Part shown: positions 43,179 to 53,852 of the stretch, in pieces
Layout: every line of letters begins with the position of its first letter
Numbering within the stretch: the stretch's first letter is position 1
Source of the DNA: a virus
Virus record (IMG/VR): IMGVR_UViG_3300032242_001694
Reading direction: 5' to 3' (one strand)
DNA: 64,000 nt
Position numbers and translations under genes: made by a program
Notes under the pieces: generated by a model
What the model saw: the letters and a program-made list of their open reading frames with translations, nothing else
Told to the model about the DNA's origin: nothing
The model's database searches: none

Positions 43179-44153
43179 CTAAGACCAACTAATGTAGACG
43201 CGGCCGGCTGCTCCAGCACCTCCGTCATAATAAAGATAACTACCTATTGCTCCGCCAACTCCAGCGACAACAGTATACCCAGTGCCGGCTGTAAGGCCAC
43301 CGGGACCATAAGTTCTTGCGGAATAACCGCCACCGCCACCGCCACCTGGCATAGCAGGAAATTTGCCACCAGTATAAACATAACCAGAAGAGCCACCGCC
43401 GCCCATGTAATTACCAGCAAGACCTGCTGGATTAGGATTTGCGGTATTGCCACCACCTGCATAAGCCCCGCCACCAAAACCGCCGTTGTATGAAGCAGTG
43501 TAACCATACTCTGGATTATAGCTACCAGCTCCAGCTCCAACATAACCATAGTAAGACCCGCTGTAGTCACTATAAAGTTCATATGAACCGTTTGGATAGC
43601 CTACATAAGTATAGTTTCCGGTAGCTGCATAGACTCTGTTACCGCCGTCTGTTCCAGAAACGTTAGTTGACCCGCCGGATGCCGTACCACCGGCTCCACC
43701 AATACCGGTCCGCAGACCACCGTATCGGTTAGTACCTGCTGACTGTCCACCTCCGCCGCCATAACCAATTTGCGTGTACGGTCCATAGAATACTGAAGCG
43801 CCTCCAGTTCCAGCATACGAACCGGTACCTGTGCTGCCACCCGTGTCATTACCACCAGCTCCACCAGCTCCCCACACCTGTACCGTAAGTGCGTTTCTAT
43901 ACAAAGGAGCTGTGAATGTAAAAGTTCCGGTAACTCCGTAATTATAAGTGTCCCAAGTGCCAGTAGATGCCGGATCATATCCCTGCTTACCATAGAAAGC
44001 ATCCATAGAAAGAGCGCCAGAACTAAAAGTTCCAGTAGTTATCCCGCCTGTTGCATACCACGTTGTACCTCTGTACGCGTTTAAGTTATTGCCGCGGCCA
44101 AACACGGCATTTATATCGTACATAGTTATCGTGCCGCTAGCAGGTGTACCCAT
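43179..44153 (-). CDS. glycine-rich tail-fibre tip adhesin (gp38-like)
   Basis: P.SG.I...DI...FG N-terminus, repeated GGGG/GAGG motifs with aromatic loops, GAAGRVYISW end. Confidence 0.75.
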   Translation of the reverse strand: MGTPASGTITMYDINAVFGRGNNLNAYRGTTWYATGGITTGTFSSGALSMDAFYGKQGYDPASTGTWDTYNYGVTGTFTFTAPLYRNALTVQVWGAGGAGGNDTGGSTGTGSYAGTGGASVFYGPYTQIGYGGGGGQSAGTNRYGGLRTGIGGAGGTASGGSTNVSGTDGGNRVYAATGNYTYVGYPNGSYELYSDYSGSYYGYVGAGAGSYNPEYGYTASYNGGFGGGAYAGGGNTANPNPAGLAGNYMGGGGSSGYVYTGGKFPAMPGGGGGGGYSARTYGPGGLTAGTGYTVVAGVGGAIGSYLYYDGGAGAAGRVYISWS

Positions 44154-44614
44154 CAGTCAGGCGCCTTTGGTAGTTTCGCTCCAATTGGATTAGAAATAGT
44201 GCTAGGGAAGTCCCTAAGTCTTTTTCTATAACCTCTCCACTCAATTCTCTTTTCTTCTGAGATCGGGTAGTCGGGCAGCTGGGTGCAGTCGCTCTGCTCA
44301 AGCAGCATGTTTCTCTGCGATCTCAGTTCATACCAGTATCGAGCATGCGACATATCGTCAGGCGGCACATAGATTAGCTCTGTGATTTGCTGAGCATTCT
44401 CTACCACAACTGGCACAGCAAGAGCTTCTGCTCTCTCATAGTACTCAGTGATGAAAGTATTAAGAGCTTCACCAGTTGGATAGAGACCATCTACAACTGG
44501 AAGAGTGATACTAATACTTTGATCAAAATAAGTACCGCGCTGCTTTACATTTTCAAATTGAACGCCTGTGATACCAGTGTTGGCATCAAAGCTGACTATC
44601 TTATAATTAATCAT
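44153..44614 (-). CDS. tail fibre assembly chaperone
   Basis: LR..RN.LL..SD.TQL.D.P...W..YR..LRD.P. Confidence 0.85.
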   Translation of the reverse strand: MINYKIVSFDANTGITGVQFENVKQRGTYFDQSISITLPVVDGLYPTGEALNTFITEYYERAEALAVPVVVENAQQITELIYVPPDDMSHARYWYELRSQRNMLLEQSDCTQLPDYPISEEKRIEWRGYRKRLRDFPSTISNPIGAKLPKAPD

Positions 44615-46221
44615 CACGCCTTTCCTTCTAGTTCTTGTACTCTTGCTTTTAGTTCTTTAATTGCTTCAATAAGAACTGGTACTAATTTCTCATAAGAAAC
44701 GGTTTTGTATGTGTCGCCGTCGATCTCGATAGAGTCAGTTACGATCTCAGGCATAACCACTTCAACCTGATCTGCCAAGATACCGTAGTCTCTTTTGCCA
44801 GCCTTACACTCGGTGTGCGTTATACCAGACTTCCAGTTAAACGTTCCGCCGTCAAGCTTGTCTAGTATATCTAGAGGATTCTTGACGCGCTCAAAGTTCT
44901 CTTTAAGCTTTGGATCCGAGTAAGCTGTAACGTTGCCTGCCGCGACCATGTTACCACTTGCATCCGAGTACCAAGAGTGAGCTGCACGACTCCAACCACC
45001 CAGTGAGAATACCCCATCATTACGGACACCTAGCTTAATAGCATATGAATCGTGCCAGAAAGTTAGACCTGCAAGATTAGTGTCCCCAGCTGTAGTATTT
45101 GCTCTGCAGGTAAAACTGCCTTGAGTTGTATCACTTAAAGCCATAGTAAACCCAGAAGTCCTACCCAAAATTAAATTGACCTGCGCAGTTGCTGATAAGT
45201 AAGTTGCTGTGTTTGCAGTAACGGCAGAGCTGACTGATTTACTAGCGTCTGCAGTGTTATCAACGTTGCCAAGTCCAACTTTAGACTTAGAGATAGTTAG
45301 CCATGTTGGATCTGAGTACGAACCTGAGGTATAGACACCGTTGGTAACTGTTCCAGCATTGCCATTAATCGCTGCGCTGTTCGTGGAATTAGCAAAAGAA
45401 GATGGATTGGTATTGTTATACGGTGTATAGCCAAGCGCGGTGATGATGCTCGAACTGGTGATGGTATAAGCAGACCCGTTGACAAAGAGTCCGGCTGATG
45501 TTATGTAAGCGTTTGCAGTAGAATTTCCAACAAAGAACGCAGTAGTGTTTGCGATAACTGCAGTTCCAACGGTGATTGGACTAGAGAATGTTGCGTTGCC
45601 AGTTACCGAGATTGTGTTGGAGAAAGTTGCGCCGCCGGTATGAGTGGTATTCCCATAGAACGTACCCGTGTTCGCGAACAGGTTCCACTGTTGAGTAGCT
45701 GACCCTAGAGTCAAGTTGTTAACAGCTGGGGTAAATCCCACGTTAGCCTGCCAAGACGGCACCGTGCTGTTGTATAATAGGCTTGCTGAAGTTCCAACTT
45801 TAAGACCTGCTGTATTGGCAAGTGCATTGGTCGATGTGCTGTTGGCAAGAACTAAGTTCAGGTCATTCGTGGTGATGACAGTTGAGTTGACGAAAGTCGT
45901 TGTGCCGGCAAGCGTTAAATTACCGGTAACCGTCAAGCTTCCGCTAACTGTGGCATCCCCTGCAACTGAGATCGTGTTACTGAAAGTAGCGTTGCCAGTT
46001 ACGGTGATCGTATTGGAGAACGTAGCAGCGCCTGTAATACCTGCAGTTCCAGTTACAGCAATCGAGTTACTGAAAGTAGCGTTGCCGGTTACAGCGATCG
46101 CGTTACTAAAAGTAGCGTTGCCGGTTACTGAGATTGTGTTTGATAGAGCCGCAGCCCCGGTTATGTTGGCGGTTGTAGATACTACAAGGCCTGCTCTTAC
46201 TAAGAAGTCTTTACTAGCCAT
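44614..46221 (-). CDS. tail fibre with C-terminal peptidase S74 intramolecular chaperone
   Basis: AYSDPKLKEN, G.LA..VE.V.PE.V, LIEAIKEL; 12-aa repeats N-terminally. Confidence 0.88.
   Translation of the reverse strand: MASKDFLVRAGLVVSTTANITGAAALSNTISVTGNATFSNAIAVTGNATFSNSIAVTGTAGITGAATFSNTITVTGNATFSNTISVAGDATVSGSLTVTGNLTLAGTTTFVNSTVITTNDLNLVLANSTSTNALANTAGLKVGTSASLLYNSTVPSWQANVGFTPAVNNLTLGSATQQWNLFANTGTFYGNTTHTGGATFSNTISVTGNATFSSPITVGTAVIANTTAFFVGNSTANAYITSAGLFVNGSAYTITSSSIITALGYTPYNNTNPSSFANSTNSAAINGNAGTVTNGVYTSGSYSDPTWLTISKSKVGLGNVDNTADASKSVSSAVTANTATYLSATAQVNLILGRTSGFTMALSDTTQGSFTCRANTTAGDTNLAGLTFWHDSYAIKLGVRNDGVFSLGGWSRAAHSWYSDASGNMVAAGNVTAYSDPKLKENFERVKNPLDILDKLDGGTFNWKSGITHTECKAGKRDYGILADQVEVVMPEIVTDSIEIDGDTYKTVSYEKLVPVLIEAIKELKARVQELEGKA
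45950..46160 (-). repeat. 36-nt/12-aa tandem repeats (TGNATFSNxIxV)
   Basis: visible in translation and DNA. Confidence 0.75.
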
Positions 46222-46252
46222 GAGTTCCCTTCCCTCCGTCTGGCGTTTTTAT

Positions 46253-46260
46253 TATTTATA
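46253..46260 (-). promoter_or_regulatory. T4-type late promoter
   Basis: TATAAATA. Confidence 0.75.
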
Positions 46261-46269
46261 AAACTTCTA

Positions 46270-47076
46270 TTATGCGAAGTTACCGATGTTGGTATTCGCG
46301 GCACCAGCAGCTGCGCCAACACCAAATGGCGTAATCGTAATGTAAGATCCAGGCAATACGGTAAGAGCTGTAGCACCAGTCTGAGTATAGTTGTGAGAAA
46401 CGGTTCCAGCGACGGTAACGTCGAACGTTCCTTCAATCACGAGATCGACGTATGAGACAGCTGCAGTGGTCGCAGCTGTAACACCAGCGGTAGTAGTAGA
46501 AGGAGTTGTCGTTGATGCTGAAAGGATGTTGGTGGTACCAGTAGTAAGAGAACTGGTGATAGAAATCTTAGACATTACTTGGAACGAGTGGAAACCAACC
46601 GTGGCAGTACCAGACAAGACATAGCCGTAAGTCGTGGCGGTGGCCGTTGTGGTTCCCCTGACTCTCAGAGAGTAGATGTAGCGGCCAACGCCAAGGGTAG
46701 GACCAAAGTTAGTCGCAACGCCTGATGTACCAAAGAAGCTCTGTGTGGTAAGAGCGGTCGTGCCAGCTTTAGACACGCCGTTAACGTATACATATGGGGT
46801 GGCAATTGCAGCACGGTTGTTATTGGTTGGTGTGGCATAGAAAGTCGGATCGGTATATTCAATCGCGCCATTGGCTGGAGCAGTTAAGAGAGTAGCCTGT
46901 GACGTAAATTTAATAGGAACATACGTAGCGTTGCCGGTCGCAAACTGCAGAGAAGCGTTTGATGGCGTAACACCAAACCCCATAGTATTTCCCGGCAATA
47001 TGTTACCGCCGGTATCGATCGTAAGCGATGCACCACCTGCAATATTCTGGATAGCATTTACTCTTAGCGTACTCAT
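46270..47076 (-). CDS. putative tail fibre/spike-associated protein
   Basis: MSTLRVNAIQ N-terminus, Thr/Ala-rich. Confidence 0.65.
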   Translation of the reverse strand: MSTLRVNAIQNIAGGASLTIDTGGNILPGNTMGFGVTPSNASLQFATGNATYVPIKFTSQATLLTAPANGAIEYTDPTFYATPTNNNRAAIATPYVYVNGVSKAGTTALTTQSFFGTSGVATNFGPTLGVGRYIYSLRVRGTTTATATTYGYVLSGTATVGFHSFQVMSKISITSSLTTGTTNILSASTTTPSTTTAGVTAATTAAVSYVDLVIEGTFDVTVAGTVSHNYTQTGATALTVLPGSYITITPFGVGAAAGAANTNIGNFA

Positions 47077-47092
47077 TTATTGTATCTCCATA

Positions 47093-47527
47093 TTAACGGA
47101 TAGCCCAAGCTGAACCTGATGACACTGTTACTGTAATACCACTATTTATAGTGATAGGTCCGGTTGAGCTTGAGTTGTAACTTGTTGGGACTGTGTAGTT
47201 TGCCGTGATCTGATTATAGTTCTCATGAAATAAGCTGCTAACTGTTGTTGAATTCATGTAAGAATTAACAGTCGCATTTCCTGAGTTATGCGTGGTTGCA
47301 TTAACCGTTGCAGCGTTGACCGTAGTTGCTAGTAAGTTGGCTGAGAAAGTAATTACGTTTGAGAACGTCTGGGTATTAGTCCATGCATACTGGCGATCAG
47401 CAGCAGGAAGCGATAACCCAGAGCTCTTCCACGCACCTGGAGTAGTGTAGTATGTGAACGAGTAGCCAGATGCAGAATCGGTATATATCTGGCCATTTGC
47501 TGGTGATGATGGAAAGTCTATTGCCAT
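47093..47527 (-). CDS. virion structural protein
   Basis: MAIDFPSSP.NGQ N-terminus; GPITI.SG.TVTV.SGS.W C-terminus. Confidence 0.7.
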   Translation of the reverse strand: MAIDFPSSPANGQIYTDSASGYSFTYYTTPGAWKSSGLSLPAADRQYAWTNTQTFSNVITFSANLLATTVNAATVNATTHNSGNATVNSYMNSTTVSSLFHENYNQITANYTVPTSYNSSSTGPITINSGITVTVSSGSAWAIR

Positions 47528-47536
47528 GATGATACC

Positions 47537-49657
47537 TTATTGATTTGCCCAAGCAGAAGTTTGAAGGCTGCCGCTGAAGTTACTTGTATAGCGAGCAACA
47601 CCAACTGTAATTCGAAGATCATCTATATATCCAGCAAATGACTGTGAAGATGTGGCTGGATCCATTCCAATATGTATGGTAGTTGTAGCATTATAATCAT
47701 AGTTTGATCCAGGAGTATATGGTGTTCCTGTCGATGTTCCATTTACATAAGCAGTAGTTGTTAGTCCAGATCTAACAATTGCTATATGATACCAAGCAGC
47801 TGAAGTTACTGCGCCAGCGGCGCTATGAATACGGCTCGTTGCTGCTTCACACCAATCAAAACTTCCGTCGCCGTTAAAGATCAATAGAAATTCACCTACA
47901 CCAGATGTGCCTTGTGATAATGGTCTTTGACTTCCCATACCGTCAAACCATATCCACATTTCAATAGTATAATCGCCACTACCTAAAGAATTTTGTGGTC
48001 CTATACTAGTATTAATATCAACACCTCCTGGAAAGCGAATACTGCTACCGCCAAATTTAGATTGTGTAGTGCTTAAACCACCACCTAGATAAGTATTAAA
48101 TACATTTCTCGTCGTGCTGTCATATATAGCACCATTTGTTCCATTTAATAATAATATAGTATTTCCTGTGTATGATACTGGTGCCGTTGGCGGAGTAAAT
48201 GCTGCTGTATAAGCGCTGGTTCCAGATTGAACTCTCATTCCAGCAGTATATCCAAGATGTGTAGTTAAACTTCCTGCATTAGTCGAGAAAGCAGTTGCTG
48301 TGACGGTAGGAGTTCCAGAAATTGCTGGGGCTGTATTAGCGATTAACACACCATTAACATATACAGACGTTACACCGCCAGATCTACAGAAAACATAGTG
48401 AGTCCATGAATTGAGCGCTGGAACTGAACCTATCGTATAGTCATTTCCAGATCCACCTATACCATATCTGAAAGTCATAGCTGGAGTAAGACTGCTGTAA
48501 AATATAACTAGCGATCCGGCAGCATTTACGTTTCCCATGCCAAACACTCCTACGTTTGTCGTAGCAGCATATGATGTTGGGTATAACCAGAATTCTATTG
48601 AAAAATCTGAAGTTGCTGGGGCGTTAGGAAGTGTTGCTGAAAGAATGTTAATACCATCATTAAAAATACTTCCACCCACAGAAGAAACTCCATATGCAGC
48701 AGCTGGTGTAAATGGAGACGTAGGCTGAACAGCAAGACCAGTAGAAGAACCACTAGTTGTTATAGCTCCGTTATTTACGCTTTCTCTAAATCTATTTGAT
48801 TGACAAGTAAGAATAATTGTATTGGTTATAGCAGTTAATGGTACAGTAGATGGAGTAAAACTTGTAAGGTATAAAGCAGTCCCAATAACTACTCTCACAT
48901 TAGAAATGTATGCACCAAGAAAAGATGCACTGACGCCAGATTGACCTCCAATATAAAAGTTTCTGCTTGATGAAACAGGAGCAACTGTCTGGGCAGTCCC
49001 TCCTGAATTTACAAGAGTCCCATTAAGAAAAATATACCAAGTTGTTCCTGTTCTACAAGCAGCAATATGATACCACTGATGCACTGCTAATGTTCCTACA
49101 ACGTGCTGTTGCTGTGATCCAGTACCACCCGAGTTACCTGTAGTAAATACTACAGCACCGGAAGCGTTTGTGGTTTGGAACGAATATTCACTAACGTTAG
49201 TACCAGATACGCCATCTTTTGAAAGGATAAGAGCGCCCGAGCTGGGTAGTCGAGTAAACTTTACCCAACATTCGATAGTGCAATCACCGCTCGAACCCAG
49301 CGCCATACCAGCAGTTGATGGAAAGCTAAAGTAATTAGAAGCACCATAGTGATATGTACTCCATCCTGTTTGGCTATACGGACTAAACGTACCTTGAGTT
49401 ACGGATGCACCGCGAGTTATGGTAGTTCCTGGATACGTATCGATAACTGTATTATTGTTAGCGTTCATGCTACCGTCAGCATGAACCAGCATAGTAGTCT
49501 TATTAAAATATGGATCTGTAACAAATTGAGAATAAGATGGAAATGCATTATTTTGCTTATCTAGTTGTGCTTCTACAACACTGTAGACTCCTGAAGCTGC
49601 GCTTACAGTTGTTGGATTAGTAGGACCAATAACCCCGCCATTCATTCTTACACGCAT
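47537..49657 (-). CDS. tail protein with three concanavalin A/LamG-like domains
   Basis: three repeats of D.TIE.W...W.H....R.G....Y.NG...GY...R. Confidence 0.85.
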   Translation of the reverse strand: MRVRMNGGVIGPTNPTTVSAASGVYSVVEAQLDKQNNAFPSYSQFVTDPYFNKTTMLVHADGSMNANNNTVIDTYPGTTITRGASVTQGTFSPYSQTGWSTYHYGASNYFSFPSTAGMALGSSGDCTIECWVKFTRLPSSGALILSKDGVSGTNVSEYSFQTTNASGAVVFTTGNSGGTGSQQQHVVGTLAVHQWYHIAACRTGTTWYIFLNGTLVNSGGTAQTVAPVSSSRNFYIGGQSGVSASFLGAYISNVRVVIGTALYLTSFTPSTVPLTAITNTIILTCQSNRFRESVNNGAITTSGSSTGLAVQPTSPFTPAAAYGVSSVGGSIFNDGINILSATLPNAPATSDFSIEFWLYPTSYAATTNVGVFGMGNVNAAGSLVIFYSSLTPAMTFRYGIGGSGNDYTIGSVPALNSWTHYVFCRSGGVTSVYVNGVLIANTAPAISGTPTVTATAFSTNAGSLTTHLGYTAGMRVQSGTSAYTAAFTPPTAPVSYTGNTILLLNGTNGAIYDSTTRNVFNTYLGGGLSTTQSKFGGSSIRFPGGVDINTSIGPQNSLGSGDYTIEMWIWFDGMGSQRPLSQGTSGVGEFLLIFNGDGSFDWCEAATSRIHSAAGAVTSAAWYHIAIVRSGLTTTAYVNGTSTGTPYTPGSNYDYNATTTIHIGMDPATSSQSFAGYIDDLRITVGVARYTSNFSGSLQTSAWANQ

Positions 49658-50013
49658 TAGCTTATCTGCTCCCAACTTGAAACAGCTGTGATATAACTAT
49701 TAGATGTTGAATTAATCTGTAATGAATTATTTTCTAACAAATACAATCCACTATCTTTTGCTAATAAGACAATAACTGCAGATGCAGGAATTGATACGTT
49801 GGCTGCCACATAGTTATTTGTACCCGCTTGGTTTAGCTGTAGATTTACAGCAATTGCTGCCGTGCATGCGTTAGTCACTATTAGATTATTTATTTTATAG
49901 ATTGAGCCAGACGATGCTGGATTCTGAACAACGTTTGCCATCACGGTACCCGCGACTAAGACGCCAGTATTCCCATAAATTGTTGTCACGTTCACTATAT
50001 TTGGATTGGCCAT
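49657..50013 (-). CDS. virion structural protein
   Basis: MANPNIVNVTTIYG family N-terminus. Confidence 0.75.
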   Translation of the reverse strand: MANPNIVNVTTIYGNTGVLVAGTVMANVVQNPASSGSIYKINNLIVTNACTAAIAVNLQLNQAGTNNYVAANVSIPASAVIVLLAKDSGLYLLENNSLQINSTSNSYITAVSSWEQIS

Positions 50014-50014
50014 C

Positions 50015-51331
50015 TTATCCTCCGAATACTATTGCCATTGCTATGGCTTTGCCTGTTGTCACGCCGCTCGAAGGTGTTGACCAATAAACATTGGCTCCAG
50101 CGCCTGATGATGTTAGTACTTGTCCTGCAGTCCCAGTCGAAGCATTTGCCGTTACTGTATTACTTATAGTAACGTTGCCAGAAAGTGTCGTAGGACCTGT
50201 TACCGATAATGTAGAAAATGTTGTGGGAACATATGTAGCTGAAGCAGTTACCCACTGTGAAGACGTCCCGTCGTTATAGTAGACCAACAACTCGCCAGTA
50301 CCTGTATAGTACCACAGGTTACCAGATGATGGTGAAGATGGAGCAGTGTCAGATACTGTAACAGAAGAGCCGCCGCTGCTGGTAACTGTTGACCAGTATA
50401 CGTTACCACCAGCAGAAGATGTAAGGACTTGACCAGTAGTGCCAACACTACCATTAGCAATTATTGCAGCGTTGACCGAGACATTAGCGGTATGTGTATG
50501 AACACCAGTAAAAGTATACGCACCAGATGTATTTACGTAGTTTGCAAGATTAGCTGAGAGCTGAGCGTTTGATACAATATTTGCCGCTGAGACACTTCCA
50601 ACAAAAGAAGTATTATTAGATGTTAAAGTAGCTACATTAGAAGATAACCCAGCAGTAGTCTGATACGAAGACATGCCGGCTGTTGTTTGATAGCTACTTA
50701 AGTTGCCAGATAGCTGTGCGTTAGTAACTACGTTTGCGCTTAAGTCGATTGTTAAAGTTTTTGGTGCTGAGTTGCTGGTGGCAAGAGTTACTAGAGATCC
50801 ATTGGCAATAGCCAAGGTGTCTTCACCTACTGCGGTGATTGTGGTCTGACCAGCCACTGTAATGTATTTAAAGCCTGATCCAAGACTGACAAACACGTTG
50901 CCCGATCCTTGGTCAGTGACGTATAGTCCTGTAGACTCGTCGAAGTTGATAGCGGTGACACTGCCGACTGTTACGTTTACAGTGCCACCATTACCATATG
51001 TACTTCTAACTGTTAAGCTACTGCTTCCACTAGTTACAGTTGACCAATAGGTTCCGGTACCATTCGTAGTCAATACTTGACCCGAGGTACCGTTTGAACC
51101 ATTGGCTGATATATTTTTTACTGTGAGGGTATTTGATACGTTGTGATTGGTTGTATTGGAGCCAATTTCAAAATATGCAACGCCGTTAGATGAGAATAAC
51201 TTGTTATCTGTTAGATTAAGAGCTAGCTCGCCCGTTGAGATGTACTGTGAGTTGGTAGCATACGAGCCGGTAGTATTCGGCGTACGCCCAGACACAGTTG
51301 TGCGCTTCACATATATTAAATTGTTTGCCAA
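50015..51331 (-). CDS. tail fibre protein
   Basis: KRT...GELALN..D.KLF N-terminal domain, repeated G..GQVLT module, GKAIAMAIVFGG end. Confidence 0.8.
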   Translation of the reverse strand: MANNLIYVKRTTVSGRTPNTTGSYATNSQYISTGELALNLTDNKLFSSNGVAYFEIGSNTTNHNVSNTLTVKNISANGSNGTSGQVLTTNGTGTYWSTVTSGSSSLTVRSTYGNGGTVNVTVGSVTAINFDESTGLYVTDQGSGNVFVSLGSGFKYITVAGQTTITAVGEDTLAIANGSLVTLATSNSAPKTLTIDLSANVVTNAQLSGNLSSYQTTAGMSSYQTTAGLSSNVATLTSNNTSFVGSVSAANIVSNAQLSANLANYVNTSGAYTFTGVHTHTANVSVNAAIIANGSVGTTGQVLTSSAGGNVYWSTVTSSGGSSVTVSDTAPSSPSSGNLWYYTGTGELLVYYNDGTSSQWVTASATYVPTTFSTLSVTGPTTLSGNVTISNTVTANASTGTAGQVLTSSGAGANVYWSTPSSGVTTGKAIAMAIVFGG

Positions 51332-51372
51332 TATTGGCTCCTATCAATCAACCTCAGTATATACCAAGGATA

Positions 51373-51603
51373 TTAGAAGTTATCTTCTTTAGATTCTTCT
51401 TTAGTAGCATTCTTATCTTGCTTAGAGCTTTTCTTGCTAAGACTGCTTATAGTAGCTTCTAGTTTACTCTTCTCTTCGAAAAGATTGGCGATGATCTTTT
51501 CAGAGATCGCCAATCTTGTCTGTAGCATAATTTCCGATTTGCATAACTCGCTAATCTTGTCACTCATCTTTTCAACGTACATATTAATAAACTCTTCATT
51601 CAT
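51373..51603 (-). CDS. small coiled-coil protein (possible fibre chaperone)
   Basis: 76-aa heptad-rich ORF. Confidence 0.65.
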   Translation of the reverse strand: MNEEFINMYVEKMSDKISELCKSEIMLQTRLAISEKIIANLFEEKSKLEATISSLSKKSSKQDKNATKEESKEDNF

Positions 51604-51627
51604 AACAAAACTCCATTTTATATTAGA

Positions 51628-53793
51628 TTAGAAGGTACCGCCATCGAGTGTTCCGTAAGCTGGTAAGTTATTTACGATCTGGAGAACCTGACCGTTTGCT
51701 CCAGCACTCAACTTACTTAGGGCTGACGGATTAACCGATCCAGCATATACCAAGTCGCCCGCTGCGTAGGTTGATAGTCCAGTACCACCGTAGGTAGCGG
51801 CCAGAGCAGTCGTTAGACTGATGCTGTTGGCTACGATTGCAGAAGATACCGTGCTGTTCGCGGTGATGTTAACTGCTGTAGAGTTGGCAACGAATGCACC
51901 AGAGTTTAGGTAAGCATTAAGCGTACCAACTTGGTAGCTGGCATGACCGGTATCTACAATATTACCAGGTTCAGACTTAGTCGCAAACAGCTTGAATACT
52001 GGGCTTGTGGTAGTACTTGCGCTGTGGTCGCGATAGAAACCTGAGTACCAAGTATTGGCAGTATTACCATAAGTGCCATAGATCGAGAAGTCTAGAGTAT
52101 CTGTAAAGGTAGCCGAGTTTGCCTGACCATCTGCTAGCTGGATACTGTTGTCTTTAACCTGAAGGTTAGTAGTATCAATCGAAGTAATAGTACCAGATAC
52201 CGTTAGGTTACCAGTAGCAACGATGTCTCTAACATTCAATACCGAAGAAGTAGCAGAGATATTTGCGCCAGTGATAACAACGTTGCCACCGAGAGTAGTA
52301 GTGCCGTTAACCGATAGCTTATCAGCTGGGGCAGAGTTACCAATACCAAAGTTACCATTCGCTACGAAGTAAGCAGCGGTACCAACCGTGATTACGTTAG
52401 AAGTAGCGGTAAGGTTAGCAACTGATAGACCGGAAGGTGCGCCGCCTGAGATCGCATTGATGTTAAGAGTTCCGGCATTATCTTTAACGGATAGAGATCC
52501 GAGATAGATAGTTGATCCAGCAAGATAGAGCGAGCCGAATCGCTTGTCAGAAGTACCAAGGTCTTGGGAGCCGTTTGCACCTGGAATAATAGTACCGGTA
52601 GCACCATCAAATTTCCATGAGTACGCATCGCCAGCAGTACCGGAATTCAAGTAAATTCCATTGCTTCCACCGTGTAGACCTAGCTGACTGCTATCGCTAA
52701 AATTAATGTAGTTGAGATCAGAAGGGCCACCCGAAAGAGTAGAAGTGCGAAGCTTCAAGCTAGCAAGGTTAGCGTTGGCAGTTGTTAAGCCACCTGAGAA
52801 TACAACGTTAGCGCCTGAGAACTCGTTGTTGCCGGTGTATGTAGCATTGCGAGTTAAGGTGTCTGCCATCGCATTAGCGTAGGCATTAGCAGCTTTGTTG
52901 TTTGTGTAAGTTACGCCATTCGAGTAAGCATTACCAGCTTTTACGTCTGCATATGAGACAGCGTTGGAATAAGCCTGACCAGCTTTTGAGGTAGCATCAG
53001 CCGATGCAGTTGATACAGCGTTGGTGTAGGCATATCCAGCTACCGTGTCTGCATAAGAAGTAGCGTTAGAGTACGCAGTAGCGGCTTTTGTATCAGCATA
53101 CGAAGTAGCGTTTGAGTAAGCTGTACCAGCAGCAGTGTCAGCGTATGTCTTAGTAGCGTAGCTAGAAGCAGCAACACCACCGAGATTGGTAGCATTATTA
53201 GCAGTATAAGCTGTACCGGTAAAGTAGGCAGTGGTGGAATTAGCAGAAATAGCGCCATTGATGCTTGAGTTGCCAACTGCGATAGTGGTAGAGTTAGCTA
53301 CTAAACCGCCTGTAACGCTTCCATACACGCCAGCAGTGTAAGAAGTTGCATTAACTGTATTGGCAAGAATAGGACCATTGAAAGTGATGGTGTTAGAGAA
53401 CGACTGAGTATTGGTCCAGGCATACTGGGCATCGGTGTTAGTACCAACCGCGCCGCCATCGAGCCAGTAGAGACCACCGGTCGAGTTAGAAGCAAGAATC
53501 TGGCCAGTAGTTCCCTGTGCACCGTTTGCAGTAACTCTAGTGATTACCGCATTGGCAACGATAACTTTATCGATACCACTGGTGCTGTTAGCAACGAGTA
53601 CCGAATTGGCAGTTAGTACGCCATAGTTGAGTTTGGTACCAATCGGAATATTGCCAGATGTACCATCTGGTGCACCGATAAAGAATGTATTCGAAGCTTG
53701 GGTAAAGGCTAATTCACCATTCGCTAGCGTAGGGACGCTAGCGTTACTAACCGAACGCTTAATTTGGATTAGATTGTTTGCACCAGATGCCAT
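51628..53793 (-). CDS. tail fibre protein
   Basis: IQIKRS...L.NGELA N-terminus, 11-aa repeats, DGGTF C-terminus. Confidence 0.8.
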   Translation of the reverse strand: MASGANNLIQIKRSVSNASVPTLANGELAFTQASNTFFIGAPDGTSGNIPIGTKLNYGVLTANSVLVANSTSGIDKVIVANAVITRVTANGAQGTTGQILASNSTGGLYWLDGGAVGTNTDAQYAWTNTQSFSNTITFNGPILANTVNATSYTAGVYGSVTGGLVANSTTIAVGNSSINGAISANSTTAYFTGTAYTANNATNLGGVAASSYATKTYADTAAGTAYSNATSYADTKAATAYSNATSYADTVAGYAYTNAVSTASADATSKAGQAYSNAVSYADVKAGNAYSNGVTYTNNKAANAYANAMADTLTRNATYTGNNEFSGANVVFSGGLTTANANLASLKLRTSTLSGGPSDLNYINFSDSSQLGLHGGSNGIYLNSGTAGDAYSWKFDGATGTIIPGANGSQDLGTSDKRFGSLYLAGSTIYLGSLSVKDNAGTLNINAISGGAPSGLSVANLTATSNVITVGTAAYFVANGNFGIGNSAPADKLSVNGTTTLGGNVVITGANISATSSVLNVRDIVATGNLTVSGTITSIDTTNLQVKDNSIQLADGQANSATFTDTLDFSIYGTYGNTANTWYSGFYRDHSASTTTSPVFKLFATKSEPGNIVDTGHASYQVGTLNAYLNSGAFVANSTAVNITANSTVSSAIVANSISLTTALAATYGGTGLSTYAAGDLVYAGSVNPSALSKLSAGANGQVLQIVNNLPAYGTLDGGTF
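52860..53160 (-). repeat. 11-aa tandem repeats (AYSNAxSYADT)
   Basis: visible in translation. Confidence 0.7.
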
Positions 53794-53841
53794 TTAATGT
53801 CTCCTTGACTTTTCATTTCCCATGTAGGGGAGCTTTTGGTT

Positions 53842-53849
53842 TATTTATA
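53842..53849 (-). promoter_or_regulatory. T4-type late promoter
   Basis: TATAAATA. Confidence 0.7.
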
Positions 53850-53852
53850 TAT

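Noticed and set aside
43179-49657. Diversity-generating retroelement or invertible tail-fibre cassette
   Set aside because: No reverse transcriptase, recombinase, template/variable repeat pair or inverted sites seen in the window
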